From contig CANRCZ010000004.1 in NCBI GenBank assembly GCA_947629265.1, forward strand, positions 1 to 60,146: a stretch of DNA of 60,146 nucleotides, written 5' to 3'. Below, piece by piece: positions 44,752 to 54,795 of this stretch; positions within the stretch are counted from its first letter, which is position 1; each line of letters opens with the position of its first letter. Made by a program: the position numbers and the translations under genes. The stretch comes from an uncultured Bacilli bacterium (GTDB lineage Bacteria > Bacillota_I > Bacilli_A > RF39 > UBA660). The notes beneath the pieces are model-generated. The model was not told the origin of the DNA and did not search any database. It saw only the letters and a list, made by a program, of their open reading frames with translations.

Positions 44752-45219
44752 ATGATTGAATTATACGAAAGAATTAAAAATACCAGAGAAGATTTAGATA
44801 TTAAACAGTATGAGTTCGCCAAAAGATTAAACATACTACCTACAACATACGCCCTATATGAGAATGGTTTTAGAGGTATACCTGTTGAAATATTTGATAA
44901 TATAGCTAGAGAATTAAATGTTAGTGTTGATTACCTATTTAAAAAAACTAAAGTTAAAAATTATCAAAACTCTAAAAAAATGAACTATGATACTCTATTA
45001 AGTAATATCAAAAAGTATCGATTACTTAATAACTATACTCAACAAGATATCGCCGATTACTTAAATATTTATAGACAATGTGTAAGCAATTACGAACTAG
45101 GTGTAAGACGGGTTCCAGTATATGTAATTCACGAACTATCCAATCTTTTTAATATGTCAGCTGATGTGTTACTAGGTAAAATTGAAGATAATGATATAAA
45201 AGAAAAGATAACTGATTGA
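44752..45219 (+). CDS. Tandem double-HTH XRE-family regulator
   Basis: Two HTH_3-like units (LDIKQYEFAKRLNILPTTYALYENG and NNYTQQDIADYLNIYRQCVSNYELG). The start is taken at MIELYERI after the GGTGA Shine-Dalgarno. Confidence 0.75.
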   Translation: MIELYERIKNTREDLDIKQYEFAKRLNILPTTYALYENGFRGIPVEIFDNIARELNVSVDYLFKKTKVKNYQNSKKMNYDTLLSNIKKYRLLNNYTQQDIADYLNIYRQCVSNYELGVRRVPVYVIHELSNLFNMSADVLLGKIEDNDIKEKITD

Positions 45220-45248
45220 TTAATCTTTTTTAATTTCTATTATTTATT

Positions 45249-45277
45249 TTGACAAACATATATATTTATGTTACTAT
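45249..45277 (+). promoter_or_regulatory. Orphan near-consensus extended -10 promoter with no downstream ORF (candidate small RNA)
   Basis: TTGACA (45249-45254), a 17-nt spacer ending TGt, then TACTAT (45272-45277). A weak hairpin with a T-run follows at about 45386-45410. Confidence 0.35.
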
Positions 45278-45428
45278 TTATTTAGCAAGGGAACTTGCAT
45301 ATAAAAAAGAACATTAAATCTGGTAATATTTTATAGCTAACACCAATAAGGTAGAAAATAATAAAATTATAGAGATATATTTTAAAACTTTTATTATAAA
45401 GTTCTTTTTTATTTATAACCCAAAACAA

Positions 45429-45454
45429 AAACTCCATTTATTAAAGTGGAGTTT
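45429..45454 (-). terminator. Terminator after the AAA ATPase gene
   Basis: The minus strand reads AAACTCCA-N10-TGGAGTTT followed by TTGTTTT. Confidence 0.55.
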
Positions 45455-46650
45455 TATTCAGCTAACCAATTCGCTATATCGACAATTTTAATTCCCTCAT
45501 ATTGATAACTATCATGCTTAGTTCTTGCAATTACCATTTTAGGATAAGCATCCTTAATCTGTAATAAAGGAGTTACCTCCCTTTCAAAAGTAGCATCATT
45601 ACTTATATCATCAGAAACTTGAATATATATTTTTTCATCTTTCTTAATAGCTACAAAGTCAATTTCTTTATTATAGAGCATACCAACATATAACTCATAA
45701 CCTCTTCTTAATAACTCAATAGCTACAATATTTTCATATATTCTACCATAATTCATATTCTTAGTACCGATCCTAGCATACTTAAAAGATGGATCGACCA
45801 AGTAATATTTATCCTGTGACGTTAGATATTTCTTACCCTGAATATCATATCTTCTAACCTTATAAAAAGCGAAAGAACTACATAAATACTTAAGATAATT
45901 ACTTATCGTTTTATCACTGATAGCTTTTTCACTATGAAACTTTGATAACTCTTTCGCTATATTTCTTGAAGAAACTAAATTAGATATATTGTCCATAAGA
46001 AAATCATTTAATTCATCTAATATACTATTATTACGAATTTTATACTTATCCGTAATATCTCTTACAATTAAAGTATTATAAACGTCCTTTAAATACTCAT
46101 ACTTTTCCTCATTTGTTTTATATAGATAAGAACCAGCCATTCCACCCTCAAGAACATACTTATTAAAAGCATCATCTATATCAGTATAATTATAATATTT
46201 AACAAATTCCTTAAAAGAAAATGGATACATTTCAATTTTAAAAGTTCTACCAGTAAATAATGTCGCTAGATCACTACTTAATAGAAAAGCATTAGAACCT
46301 GTAATATAAATATCGTATTTTTCTTCAGCATGAATCCAATTGATAGCTTTTTCAAAGTTATTACACATTTGAACCTCATCAATCAATACAAAATTAGTTT
46401 TATTACTTTTATAATGTTCATTAATATAATCATATAAAGCATCACAATTTTTTAAACTATCATACTCTTTAATATTGAAATTAATATGTATAATATTATA
46501 ATCATCTATATTAGATATTATATAATCTTTAAATAAATCGAGTAATTTAGACTTACCACTACGTCTTACACCAGTTATTATCTTTATATCAGGGGTTCCA
46601 ATCACATTAATCATCTTTGATAGATAATGCTCTCTTTCGATTATTTTCAT
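45454..46650 (-). CDS. AAA-type ATPase of the AAA_14/DUF4143 architecture
   Basis: Walker A GVRRSGKS and Walker B FVLIDEVQ, with a C-terminal DUF4143-like region. Confidence 0.75.
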   Translation of the reverse strand: MKIIEREHYLSKMINVIGTPDIKIITGVRRSGKSKLLDLFKDYIISNIDDYNIIHINFNIKEYDSLKNCDALYDYINEHYKSNKTNFVLIDEVQMCNNFEKAINWIHAEEKYDIYITGSNAFLLSSDLATLFTGRTFKIEMYPFSFKEFVKYYNYTDIDDAFNKYVLEGGMAGSYLYKTNEEKYEYLKDVYNTLIVRDITDKYKIRNNSILDELNDFLMDNISNLVSSRNIAKELSKFHSEKAISDKTISNYLKYLCSSFAFYKVRRYDIQGKKYLTSQDKYYLVDPSFKYARIGTKNMNYGRIYENIVAIELLRRGYELYVGMLYNKEIDFVAIKKDEKIYIQVSDDISNDATFEREVTPLLQIKDAYPKMVIARTKHDSYQYEGIKIVDIANWLAE

Positions 46651-46719
46651 ATTTCATCTCCTAAAGATATTATATCATACTATTACGCATTTTTAAAAAA
46701 TTTTTGATTTTGCGTAATA

Positions 46720-46744
46720 GAAAAAGTAGATAAATTTATCTACT
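46720..46744 (-). terminator. leuS terminator (perfect 20-nt palindrome AGTAGATAAATTTATCTACT) overlapping the stop codon
   Basis: The minus-strand hairpin is followed by TTTTT. Confidence 0.7.
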
Positions 46745-49523
46745 TTACAACAATATTAACTAATTTATTAGGTACGACTATCTCTTTTACAATATCTTTA
46801 CCATCAATATACGCTTTAACATTATCCAACGTTTTAGATATTGCTAACATATCCTCTTTAGTCGTATCACTTGATACCTCTATCTTACCTCTTACCTTAC
46901 CATTAACTTGAACGACCATTTCAAAGACCTCTTCACTTATTTTGCTATCATCATAAGTTGGCCAAGGTTCATTAGCGATCGTCTTATCGTGACCTAGTAT
47001 ACTCCATAACTCTTCAGTTATAAAAGGAGCGACAGGATTTAATAATTTAATAAAGTTAGTTGCATAAACAGTTGGTACAAATTCTTCCTTATAACAAGCA
47101 TTGATAAATATCATCATCTGACTAATAGCGGTATTAAAGTTCAATGTTTCATAATCTTCCGTTACCTTTTTAACTGTTTGATTGTAAACTTTATCTAAGT
47201 TCTTATTTTCTTTATCTAAAAGATTACCTTCTGTAAATAGACGATATACTCTATCTAAGAATCTTCTAGCTCCCTCGACACCACTATCACTCCATGCTTT
47301 ATCAGCTGCTAATGGCCCCATAAACATTTCATAAAGTCTTAATGTATCAGCGCCATACTTTTTAACAATATCGTTAGGGTTAACGGCATATTCAGGATAT
47401 CTTTTACCCATTTTAATACCATTAGAACCTAGTATCATACCCTGATGAACTAGTTTTTTAAATGGTTCTTTATAAGGAACGATACCTTTATCATAAAGAT
47501 AATTATTCCACATTCTAGAATATAATAAATGTCCAACAGCATGTTCTGGCCCACCAACATATAAATCCACTGGCATCCAATGCTCTAACAATTTTTTATC
47601 TGCTAATTCTTTATCGTTATCTGGATCGATATATCTTAAGAAATACCAAGATGATCCAGCACTACCAGGCATCGTTGAGGTTTCTCTTTTACCCTTTTGA
47701 CCATCGATTTCAACATTTAACCAATCGACAGCTTTTTCTAGTGGTGATGCTCCAGTTTTAGATGGACTATAATCTTCTAGTTCTGGTAAAACAAGTGGTA
47801 GTTCACTATCTTTTAAAGTTACTTTGCTACCATCTTCTAAATGAACAATTGGAATTGGTTCACCCCAATATCTTTGACGAGCGAATATCCAATCTCTAAT
47901 ACGGTAGTTAATTTGTTTTTTACCGATATTATTTTCTTCTAACCAACTAATCATTTTATTGATAGCATCTTCTTTATTTAACCCATCTAAATATTCAGAG
48001 TTGATATGAATACCATCATTTTCCATAGCACCTCTATTTAAAACGTAGTCAAAAGATTTTAAATGTAGTTCATCCACTATTTCTGATAAGATAGTATCTT
48101 TACTAACCCATTCACATGGTAATGAACCATTTTCTTTTTTATCACTTTTTAATTTGAATAATAATGGAGTACTATCGGTAACATAGTTTTGATTATCACA
48201 AGTATAATGATGATGAATTTTAAATCCCTCGTATACTGGTTCGATATCAGTATATCCAGTTTTTTCTTTAATTTCACGAATAGCACAGTTGATAGCACTT
48301 TCATCATCATTTCTAGTACCACCGATAAATAATCTACCATCACAATTGATAGTTAAGTATTTGTCATTTGCTTCATCATAGACAACTGCTACAATGCTAT
48401 CTTTATGAATTTCATTTTCATGTTCATTTCCTGTAACCTCTTCTAATACTTGAATGATTGGAAGATCGAACTTTTTCGCGAATTCATAATCTCTTTCATC
48501 GTGAGCTGGTACAGCCATAATAGCTCCTGTTCCATATGATACTAATACGTAATCGGATATCCAAATTGGTATTTTAGTTTGATTGACAGGATTTATAGCA
48601 TAAGCTCCAGTAAAGACACCTGTTTTTTCTTTATTTAATTCGGTTCTTTCAATATCTGATTTAGTTGCACATAGATTGATATAATCTTCAACCTCTTGTT
48701 TCTTATCTTCGGTTGTTATCTTTTTAACTAGTTCATGTTCAGGAGCTAAAACACAGTAAGTAGCGCCAAATAAGGTATCACATCTTGTTGTAAAGACAGT
48801 AAATGATTCATCCATACCATCGATTTTAAATTCAACTTGAGCTCCAATACTTTTACCGATCCAGTTTCTTTGAATTTCTTTAGTTGATTCTGGCCAATCG
48901 ATATCGTTTAAACCATCAAGTAACCTTTCAGCATAAGCTGGTATATCGATAACCCATTGTTTCATATTTTTTCTAATAACAGGATAGCCACCACGTTCAC
49001 TTTTACCATCGATTATTTCATCGTTTGATAAAACGGTTCCTAATTCTTCACACCAATTAACTGGCATATCGACATATTTGGCTAAACCATCTTCATATAG
49101 TCTTTTAAAAATCCACTGTGTCCATTTATAGTATTTAGGATCACAAGTTGATACCTCTCTATTCCAATCATATGTTAAACCTAATGATTTTAATTGTTCT
49201 CTAAAGGTTTTAATATTATTTTCTGTAAAACCGGCTGGATGGTTACCTGTTTTAATAGCATATTGTTCAGCTGGTAGACCAAATGAGTCAAAACCCATTG
49301 GATGTAAAACATTATAACCTTGCATTCTTTTCATTCTAGATACGATATCTGTAGCGGTATAACCCTCAGGATGACCAGCATGTAATCCGACACCTGATGG
49401 ATATGGAAACATATCTAAGGCATAAAATTTTGGTTTAGAAAAATCCCAAATGTCAGTTTTGAACGTTTCATTTTCTTCCCAGTACTTTCTCCATTTTTTT
49501 TCAATTTCTTCATGATTATACAT
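46740..49523 (-). CDS. leuS: Leucyl-tRNA synthetase carrying a roughly 135-aa Nudix-box insertion
   Basis: HIGH-type motif [10 protein letters not shown]1 editing-domain motifs ([25 protein letters not shown]) and KMSKS-type KMGKR. At 927 aa it is clearly longer than Bacillus LeuRS as I recall it (roughly 800 aa, from memory, not checked). The extra segment is aa 361-498. Confidence 0.93.
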   Translation of the reverse strand: MYNHEEIEKKWRKYWEENETFKTDIWDFSKPKFYALDMFPYPSGVGLHAGHPEGYTATDIVSRMKRMQGYNVLHPMGFDSFGLPAEQYAIKTGNHPAGFTENNIKTFREQLKSLGLTYDWNREVSTCDPKYYKWTQWIFKRLYEDGLAKYVDMPVNWCEELGTVLSNDEIIDGKSERGGYPVIRKNMKQWVIDIPAYAERLLDGLNDIDWPESTKEIQRNWIGKSIGAQVEFKIDGMDESFTVFTTRCDTLFGATYCVLAPEHELVKKITTEDKKQEVEDYINLCATKSDIERTELNKEKTGVFTGAYAINPVNQTKIPIWISDYVLVSYGTGAIMAVPAHDERDYEFAKKFDLPIIQVLEEVTGNEHENEIHKDSIVAVVYDEANDKYLTINCDGRLFIGGTRNDDESAINCAIREIKEKTGYTDIEPVYEGFKIHHHYTCDNQNYVTDSTPLLFKLKSDKKENGSLPCEWVSKDTILSEIVDELHLKSFDYVLNRGAMENDGIHINSEYLDGLNKEDAINKMISWLEENNIGKKQINYRIRDWIFARQRYWGEPIPIVHLEDGSKVTLKDSELPLVLPELEDYSPSKTGASPLEKAVDWLNVEIDGQKGKRETSTMPGSAGSSWYFLRYIDPDNDKELADKKLLEHWMPVDLYVGGPEHAVGHLLYSRMWNNYLYDKGIVPYKEPFKKLVHQGMILGSNGIKMGKRYPEYAVNPNDIVKKYGADTLRLYEMFMGPLAADKAWSDSGVEGARRFLDRVYRLFTEGNLLDKENKNLDKVYNQTVKKVTEDYETLNFNTAISQMMIFINACYKEEFVPTVYATNFIKLLNPVAPFITEELWSILGHDKTIANEPWPTYDDSKISEEVFEMVVQVNGKVRGKIEVSSDTTKEDMLAISKTLDNVKAYIDGKDIVKEIVVPNKLVNIVVK

Positions 49524-49545
49524 GATTATTCCTCCTTAATTTATA

Positions 49546-49735
49546 AATAAAAAAGTCCCTATGGTGTAGGAGCGTCATAACGCGGTACCATCCTACTTTA
49601 ATAGAAACTATCCTCTTTTTCTTAACGCGAATAAACGAATAAACTCCAAAGCAAGTTCATAATCGCTGACTAAAATGTTTGCACCATCCACATCTTCTCT
49701 ATATAGTCATAAATTATTACTACTCTTTTTCAACG
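49546..49735 (-). promoter_or_regulatory. T-box leader (Leu specifier CUU) upstream of leuS
   Basis: On the minus strand: GTTGAAAAAGAGTAGTA, then ATAGAGAAG, then TGGTGCAAA. The specifier context UAUGAA-CUU-G places CTT at 49653-49655. The T-box sequence AGTAGGATGGTACCGCG is followed by a T-run near 49549. Confidence 0.85.
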
Positions 49736-49738
49736 TTT

Positions 49739-50788
49739 TTAAAATACTCTTTTTCTTAAGAATGGTGGTAAGTCATCATCGCTATCATCATCGATTGATG
49801 ACATACTACTACCAACCTCTACTTTTTCTTTTTTATCATCATCGAAACCAGTTGCGATTACAGTTACGATAATAGCATCATCTAAGTTTTCGTTGATTAC
49901 AGCTCCAAAGATAGTGTTGATATCTGTGTTAGCTGATGAACGAATGATTTCAGCGGCTTCTTCAACCTCAAATAATGTTAAATTAGCGCCACCAGTTACG
50001 TTTATAATAGCATCGGTTGCTCCACTTATACTAGCTTCTAGCAATGGACTAGTTACTGCTTCTCTAGCTGCTTCTTTAGCGCGATCAGCTCCTGTTCCCA
50101 TACCAATACCTATTAAAGCGCTTCCTCTATTTTTCATAACGGTTTTTACATCAGCGAAATCCAAGTTGATTAATCCTGCTACCGCTATCAAATCGGATAT
50201 AGATTGAACACCTCTTCTTAAGACGTTATCAACCTCTTTAAATGAATCGATAAGTGATGTTGATTTATCGATAATCTCTCTTAATCTATCGTTTGGTATA
50301 ACGATTAGAGTATCAACATGTTTTTTTAACTCTTGTAATCCCTCTAGGGCTTGACTCATACGTCTACTACCCTCAAATGAGAAAGGTTTTGTAACGATAC
50401 CTACGGTTAAGGCTCCAAGTTCTTGAGCGATATCGGCAACGACTGGTGCTGCTCCGGTTCCAGTTCCACCACCCATACCACAAGTGATGAAGATCATGTC
50501 GGCACCCTCTAGGGCTGATTTTAATTCTTCTTTACTTTCAAGGGCTGCTTCTCTACCAATTTTTGGATCAGCTCCTGCCCCAAGGCCATTTGTCAAATCC
50601 ATACCTATTTGAATTTTCACATCGGCTTTTGATTTATCCAATACTTGATAATCTGTATTAGCTGCTATAAATTCAACGCCTTTAATACCTGCTTCAACCA
50701 TACGATTTACAGCATTGTTACCAGCGCCTCCAACCCCAATTACCTTTATTTTTGCTAATTGATCCATTTCTAAACCAAACATATTCAT
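49739..50788 (-). CDS. ftsZ: Cell division protein FtsZ
   Basis: [13 protein letters not shown], the tubulin signature [10 protein letters not shown], and the C-terminal peptide [10 protein letters not shown]. Confidence 0.97.
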   Translation of the reverse strand: MNMFGLEMDQLAKIKVIGVGGAGNNAVNRMVEAGIKGVEFIAANTDYQVLDKSKADVKIQIGMDLTNGLGAGADPKIGREAALESKEELKSALEGADMIFITCGMGGGTGTGAAPVVADIAQELGALTVGIVTKPFSFEGSRRMSQALEGLQELKKHVDTLIVIPNDRLREIIDKSTSLIDSFKEVDNVLRRGVQSISDLIAVAGLINLDFADVKTVMKNRGSALIGIGMGTGADRAKEAAREAVTSPLLEASISGATDAIINVTGGANLTLFEVEEAAEIIRSSANTDINTIFGAVINENLDDAIIVTVIATGFDDDKKEKVEVGSSMSSIDDDSDDDLPPFLRKRVF

Positions 50789-50799
50789 ATTTTTCCTCC

Positions 50800-52041
50800 T
50801 TAATCATTGAAGAAGTAACCAAACACCTTCCCCAGCATCGACTCATTTCCGATATTTAAAATACCTTTATGATTAGGTGATAGATCGATATTATCATCTT
50901 CACTAATCATTGTATAGTCTTGTCCTTTTAGTTTCAATTTATTTATAAAATAAACAATATTTCCTACTGCTGATGAATACTTATTATGTCTAACGCCTAG
51001 TATTTTAATGTTACCTACTGATGCAACATTTCCTAGTATTTCATTCAAGGTTAGATTAAAATTGCTGACGCTACTTGTACCACCAGTTATTATTATATAA
51101 TTAACTTCACTTTTTGTCAAAGCATTTATCTCTTTTCTGATTAAAACTAGCATTTGTTCTATTCTTGAAGCTACGACCTCGGTAACCTCTAGGTTATTAA
51201 TTCTAATGCTTTTGCCCATTTGATTAGTTGTTTCAAAGTAATCATTGCTATTAGCGTGTTTTTTGTTTGCTAAAGCAAATTTTTCTTTAATTTTAACGGC
51301 TTCTTTGTTATCAACTTTGTATATGTAGGCGATATCGTTATCGATATTCTTACCACCGATACCTAAAACGGAACTTTTATAGATTATTCCTTTATTGTAA
51401 AGTGATATACTAGTTGTCTCATAACCGATATTAACAACCGCTCCTACTTTAGAAGAGTTATCTTTATTTTTAAAGGCGTAATAGTCACCTAAGCTATTAA
51501 GTGATATATCGACGACCTCTAAACCTAGGCTATCTAGCAAATTGATAACGGAATAGACACTTTTTTTCAAGGTTGAAACGATGACAGTTCTAATTTTTAA
51601 GTCTTTTCCTTCTAACATTTTAGGATCTCTTATACCTTTATTACCATCAAGTTCAAAATCGATTGGTACGATGGTTACGATTTCGTTATCTTTTTGAATG
51701 TTATTTTCAGCACTAAGTCTAAGTAATCTAGCGACATCTTCATCGGTTACGACACCATCGACCTCGATTTGGGCTGTACCTATTTTAAAATCGACATAGT
51801 AACTTGGCACTGATGCTATAACTTTGGTTATTTTAATACCTAGCATCTGTTCTATTTCGGTCAGTCCTTGTTTTATTGATTTACCAGCTAGTTCGATATC
51901 AGTTATCAATCCCTTTTTTATTCCTTTTGATTTGACTGATGAAGCTGCAAGTAGATTAAGTTTATTATGAAATAATTCACATACAACTATTTTAATGGTA
52001 TCTGAACCAATATCTATGCTTGTATATACATGTTTCACCAA
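50800..52041 (-). CDS. ftsA: Cell division protein FtsA
   Basis: Actin-like fold motifs ([33 protein letters not shown]). It lies immediately upstream of ftsZ. Confidence 0.92.
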   Translation of the reverse strand: MVKHVYTSIDIGSDTIKIVVCELFHNKLNLLAASSVKSKGIKKGLITDIELAGKSIKQGLTEIEQMLGIKITKVIASVPSYYVDFKIGTAQIEVDGVVTDEDVARLLRLSAENNIQKDNEIVTIVPIDFELDGNKGIRDPKMLEGKDLKIRTVIVSTLKKSVYSVINLLDSLGLEVVDISLNSLGDYYAFKNKDNSSKVGAVVNIGYETTSISLYNKGIIYKSSVLGIGGKNIDNDIAYIYKVDNKEAVKIKEKFALANKKHANSNDYFETTNQMGKSIRINNLEVTEVVASRIEQMLVLIRKEINALTKSEVNYIIITGGTSSVSNFNLTLNEILGNVASVGNIKILGVRHNKYSSAVGNIVYFINKLKLKGQDYTMISEDDNIDLSPNHKGILNIGNESMLGKVFGYFFND

Positions 52042-52194
52042 ATCATCTCCTATGTTCTAAAACAATTATACTATATATTGTTTAAAAATGAAAGATATTT
52101 TTTGGTTATAGGTTATTTTTGTTTGATAAAATTTTTGGTTTTTTTAAAACTTTTTTGGTTATTATCATATAATATTCTAGAGAGGAGCTAAGCT

Positions 52195-52554
52195 ATGAAT
52201 TACTATAATCCTTATTTTAATGTTTATCCTTATTATGGAATGGGTGCTGCTAATATTGCTAATACAGCTAATACGGGATTATTTGGTCGACTTTTTGGTG
52301 GTTTAAATTTATCAAGTATTCTTTCGGGAGCTCAAAAAACTTTAAATATCGCTAATCAAACGATACCGTTAATTAAGCAAGTGCAACCGATGATGCATAA
52401 TGCTAAGACGATGTTTAAAGTAATGAATGAGTTTAAGAAATTCGACAGTGGTAATACTCCTGATAATAGTACTGTTAATAGAAGCGAAGAAAAAGCTCCA
52501 TCTATTGATGAAGCTGTTAAACCAGAAACTAACGGTCCAACTTTTTTTCAATAA
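52195..52554 (+). CDS. Small YqfQ/VrrA-like protein
   Basis: N-terminal Y/N-rich region, then GLFGRLFGGLNLSSILSGAQKTLNIANQTIPLIKQVQPMM. The family call rests on remembered resemblance only. Confidence 0.5.
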   Translation: MNYYNPYFNVYPYYGMGAANIANTANTGLFGRLFGGLNLSSILSGAQKTLNIANQTIPLIKQVQPMMHNAKTMFKVMNEFKKFDSGNTPDNSTVNRSEEKAPSIDEAVKPETNGPTFFQ

Positions 52555-52578
52555 CCATGTTAATACGTGGTTTTTTTA

Positions 52579-54087
52579 TTAAAATCTCGTTAGTGTTCCT
52601 GGAACTTTATTGATCGTAATTGTATAATCATCGATGCCATATTCGATAATTATTTGAATGACGTATCCTTGTGTTTTAGAGTCATTTCCTAATTCAACAG
52701 TACCTGTTTCTTCGTTTAAATCATAAGCTTTATTGTTGATATAGTTTAATGATTGAATTAATGTTTGAATATATTTTGCTAAATCGTTGGTTACGTTTTT
52801 AACACCGACATATTTATATACGTAGGTAGATGATTGATCGTCTTCTTTTTTGCTACTACTAGCAAGTTTTCGATTACCAACGATAGATGTTATTGATGGT
52901 ATTTGATCACCAGAAAGTACATAATTTTTTGGTGATTTAACAGAAGAAAAGTAATATACACCTAAAGCGGCTATTAAAGCTATTATAACGACTACTAAAA
53001 ATGCTACTAAACCACCTTTTTTACGTTTTTTAGGTTTTGCTTTAGGGGTTTGAACATTGTTTTCAACTCTTATATTTGGTTCAGTTGGAACAACGGATGG
53101 TATCATATTTTCGTCGTTTGGAATAGGTCCACCCATTATATTCACACTATTATTACTAACTGGATTATTATTTAAGTTACTATTAACATTAGGTGTACTA
53201 CTAGTACCTGTATTAAGAATATTAGATGATGCATATCCACTATTTACTGGTTGTGTGTTATTAACTGGATTATTTATATTTGAGGCAGCTACTCCTACAT
53301 TTTGATTAGGATAGTTTGTATTTATAGTTTGATTATTTGGTGTTTGATTTGTTATATTGTTATAATTTTGATTAAATGTATTTTGATTAGCATAATTTGT
53401 ATTTAATGGTTGGCTACTTACTGAATTTTGATTTGTTACACTGTTATAATCTTGAGTAAATATATTTGCACTTTGATTAGCATAATTTGTGTTTACTGGT
53501 TGACTACTTACTGGATTTTGATTAGTCACACTATTATAATCTTGAGTAGACGTATTTATATTTTGATTAGTATAATTTGTATTTACCGGTTGACTATTTA
53601 CTGGATTTTGATTTGTTACATTATTATAATTTTGATTAACATTATCATTTGTATTTATATTCTGATTACTTGGTGTTTGATTCATTATGCTATTATAATC
53701 CAAGGTAAACATACTAGCATCTGGGTTCACATCATCGATACTGATAGTTTGATCATCTACTGGTGCTTGATTTGTCATACTGTTATAATCTTGGGTAAAA
53801 ATATTAGCATTTTGATTAGCGTAATCTGTATTTATCGGTTGATTATTTGATACTTGATCTGTTATATTGTTATAATTTTGATTAAATGTATTTTGATTAG
53901 CATCATCGATATTGATAATTTGATCATCTACTGGTACTTGATTAGCTGCATTAGGTACTTGCGTGGATGCCCCTCCACTTTGATTATCAGTAGTCATAGG
54001 CCTATATGTACTAGTTAATAAAGTCCCACAATTTAAACATATAACATCATCTTGATTTATTTCTTTACCACACTTTGGGCATAACAT
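52579..54087 (-). CDS. Zinc-ribbon membrane protein with a long N/Q/T-rich tandem-repeat region
   Basis: CPKCG...CLNCG at the N-terminus. About 300 aa of low-complexity sequence follows, with units of roughly 30 aa (NQNPV.SQPVNTNY.NQ..N..TQDYNSVT). Then KPKKRKKGG, the transmembrane segment LVAFLVVVIIALIAALGVYYF, and a C-terminal domain of about 125 aa. Confidence 0.8.
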   Translation of the reverse strand: MLCPKCGKEINQDDVICLNCGTLLTSTYRPMTTDNQSGGASTQVPNAANQVPVDDQIINIDDANQNTFNQNYNNITDQVSNNQPINTDYANQNANIFTQDYNSMTNQAPVDDQTISIDDVNPDASMFTLDYNSIMNQTPSNQNINTNDNVNQNYNNVTNQNPVNSQPVNTNYTNQNINTSTQDYNSVTNQNPVSSQPVNTNYANQSANIFTQDYNSVTNQNSVSSQPLNTNYANQNTFNQNYNNITNQTPNNQTINTNYPNQNVGVAASNINNPVNNTQPVNSGYASSNILNTGTSSTPNVNSNLNNNPVSNNSVNIMGGPIPNDENMIPSVVPTEPNIRVENNVQTPKAKPKKRKKGGLVAFLVVVIIALIAALGVYYFSSVKSPKNYVLSGDQIPSITSIVGNRKLASSSKKEDDQSSTYVYKYVGVKNVTNDLAKYIQTLIQSLNYINNKAYDLNEETGTVELGNDSKTQGYVIQIIIEYGIDDYTITINKVPGTLTRF

Positions 54088-54165
54088 ATTAAATTCCTCC
54101 TCTATGTGCCACCCCTCGACACCCTCTATTATAATAATATCATAATTTTTTAAAAAGATAAAGAA

Positions 54166-54795
54166 TTATTTCATACTTACGATTTCTAATTTATCATTAC
54201 TATGTGCTAAAACCAAAGTGGCTACTGTTTGATAATCCAAATCAGTTTCATATTCGATCTTTAAACTTACATAATAAGCATTATCATCAGTTAGTTTTTT
54301 GCTACTATAACTTTCCTTTTTAATATCGGTTACCTCGACATTAGTAACAACTGGTAACTCCTGTTTTCTTTTATTATAAATATCGTTTTCAATATATTTA
54401 TAAACAGTATCTTTAGCATACTTTATAAAATCATCTTGATAATCCTTATATATAAATTGTACGCCACCAACGTCATTTTTATTAATAGTATTATTTAAAG
54501 TAAAGAAATCGATTAAAAATAATTTAGAAATATCTTTAGCGTATTCTTCTTCATCAAAATCTTCTTTAGATAAAAGATTTTTTAATTTTTTAAATTCATC
54601 CTTAAAATACTTAGAATCATTCTCATTAAGGCTATAACCATATTTAGAAATTTCTTCTAACACCTCAATTTTTTTAACCCCTTTACTACCTAAACTATTC
54701 TTCATATCGATAATACAGTATATCAATATACCAAAAATTATAATTAAGAATAGTGTGACCATCGGCCACATTTTTAGTCTTCTTTTATGTTTCAT
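54166..54795 (-). CDS. Single-pass membrane protein, unknown function, translationally coupled to ltaS
   Basis: N-terminal transmembrane segment WPMVTLFLIIIFGILIYCII. There is a 4-nt ATGA overlap with the ltaS stop. Confidence 0.65.
   Translation of the reverse strand: MKHKRRLKMWPMVTLFLIIIFGILIYCIIDMKNSLGSKGVKKIEVLEEISKYGYSLNENDSKYFKDEFKKLKNLLSKEDFDEEEYAKDISKLFLIDFFTLNNTINKNDVGGVQFIYKDYQDDFIKYAKDTVYKYIENDIYNKRKQELPVVTNVEVTDIKKESYSSKKLTDDNAYYVSLKIEYETDLDYQTVATLVLAHSNDKLEIVSMK

Noticed and set aside
48149-48343. The 64-aa alternative-frame ORF inside the leuS insertion could indicate an inserted foreign gene or a misassembly.
   Set aside because: The main leuS frame reads through the whole insertion without interruption and encodes a coherent Nudix-like sequence. 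The nested ORF is in another frame and has no ribosome-binding site.
49675-50207. Plus-strand ORFs 49675-49872 and 49893-50207.
   Set aside because: They are antisense to the leuS T-box leader and to ftsZ. The translations are compositionally biased and they have no ribosome-binding sites.
53057-53850. Plus-strand ORFs 53057-53305 and 53428-53850 with striking I/L/C/Y-rich repeats.
   Set aside because: They are mirror images of the N/Q-rich tandem repeats of the minus-strand gene 52579-54087, which has a strong GAGGAGG ribosome-binding site and a coherent domain layout.
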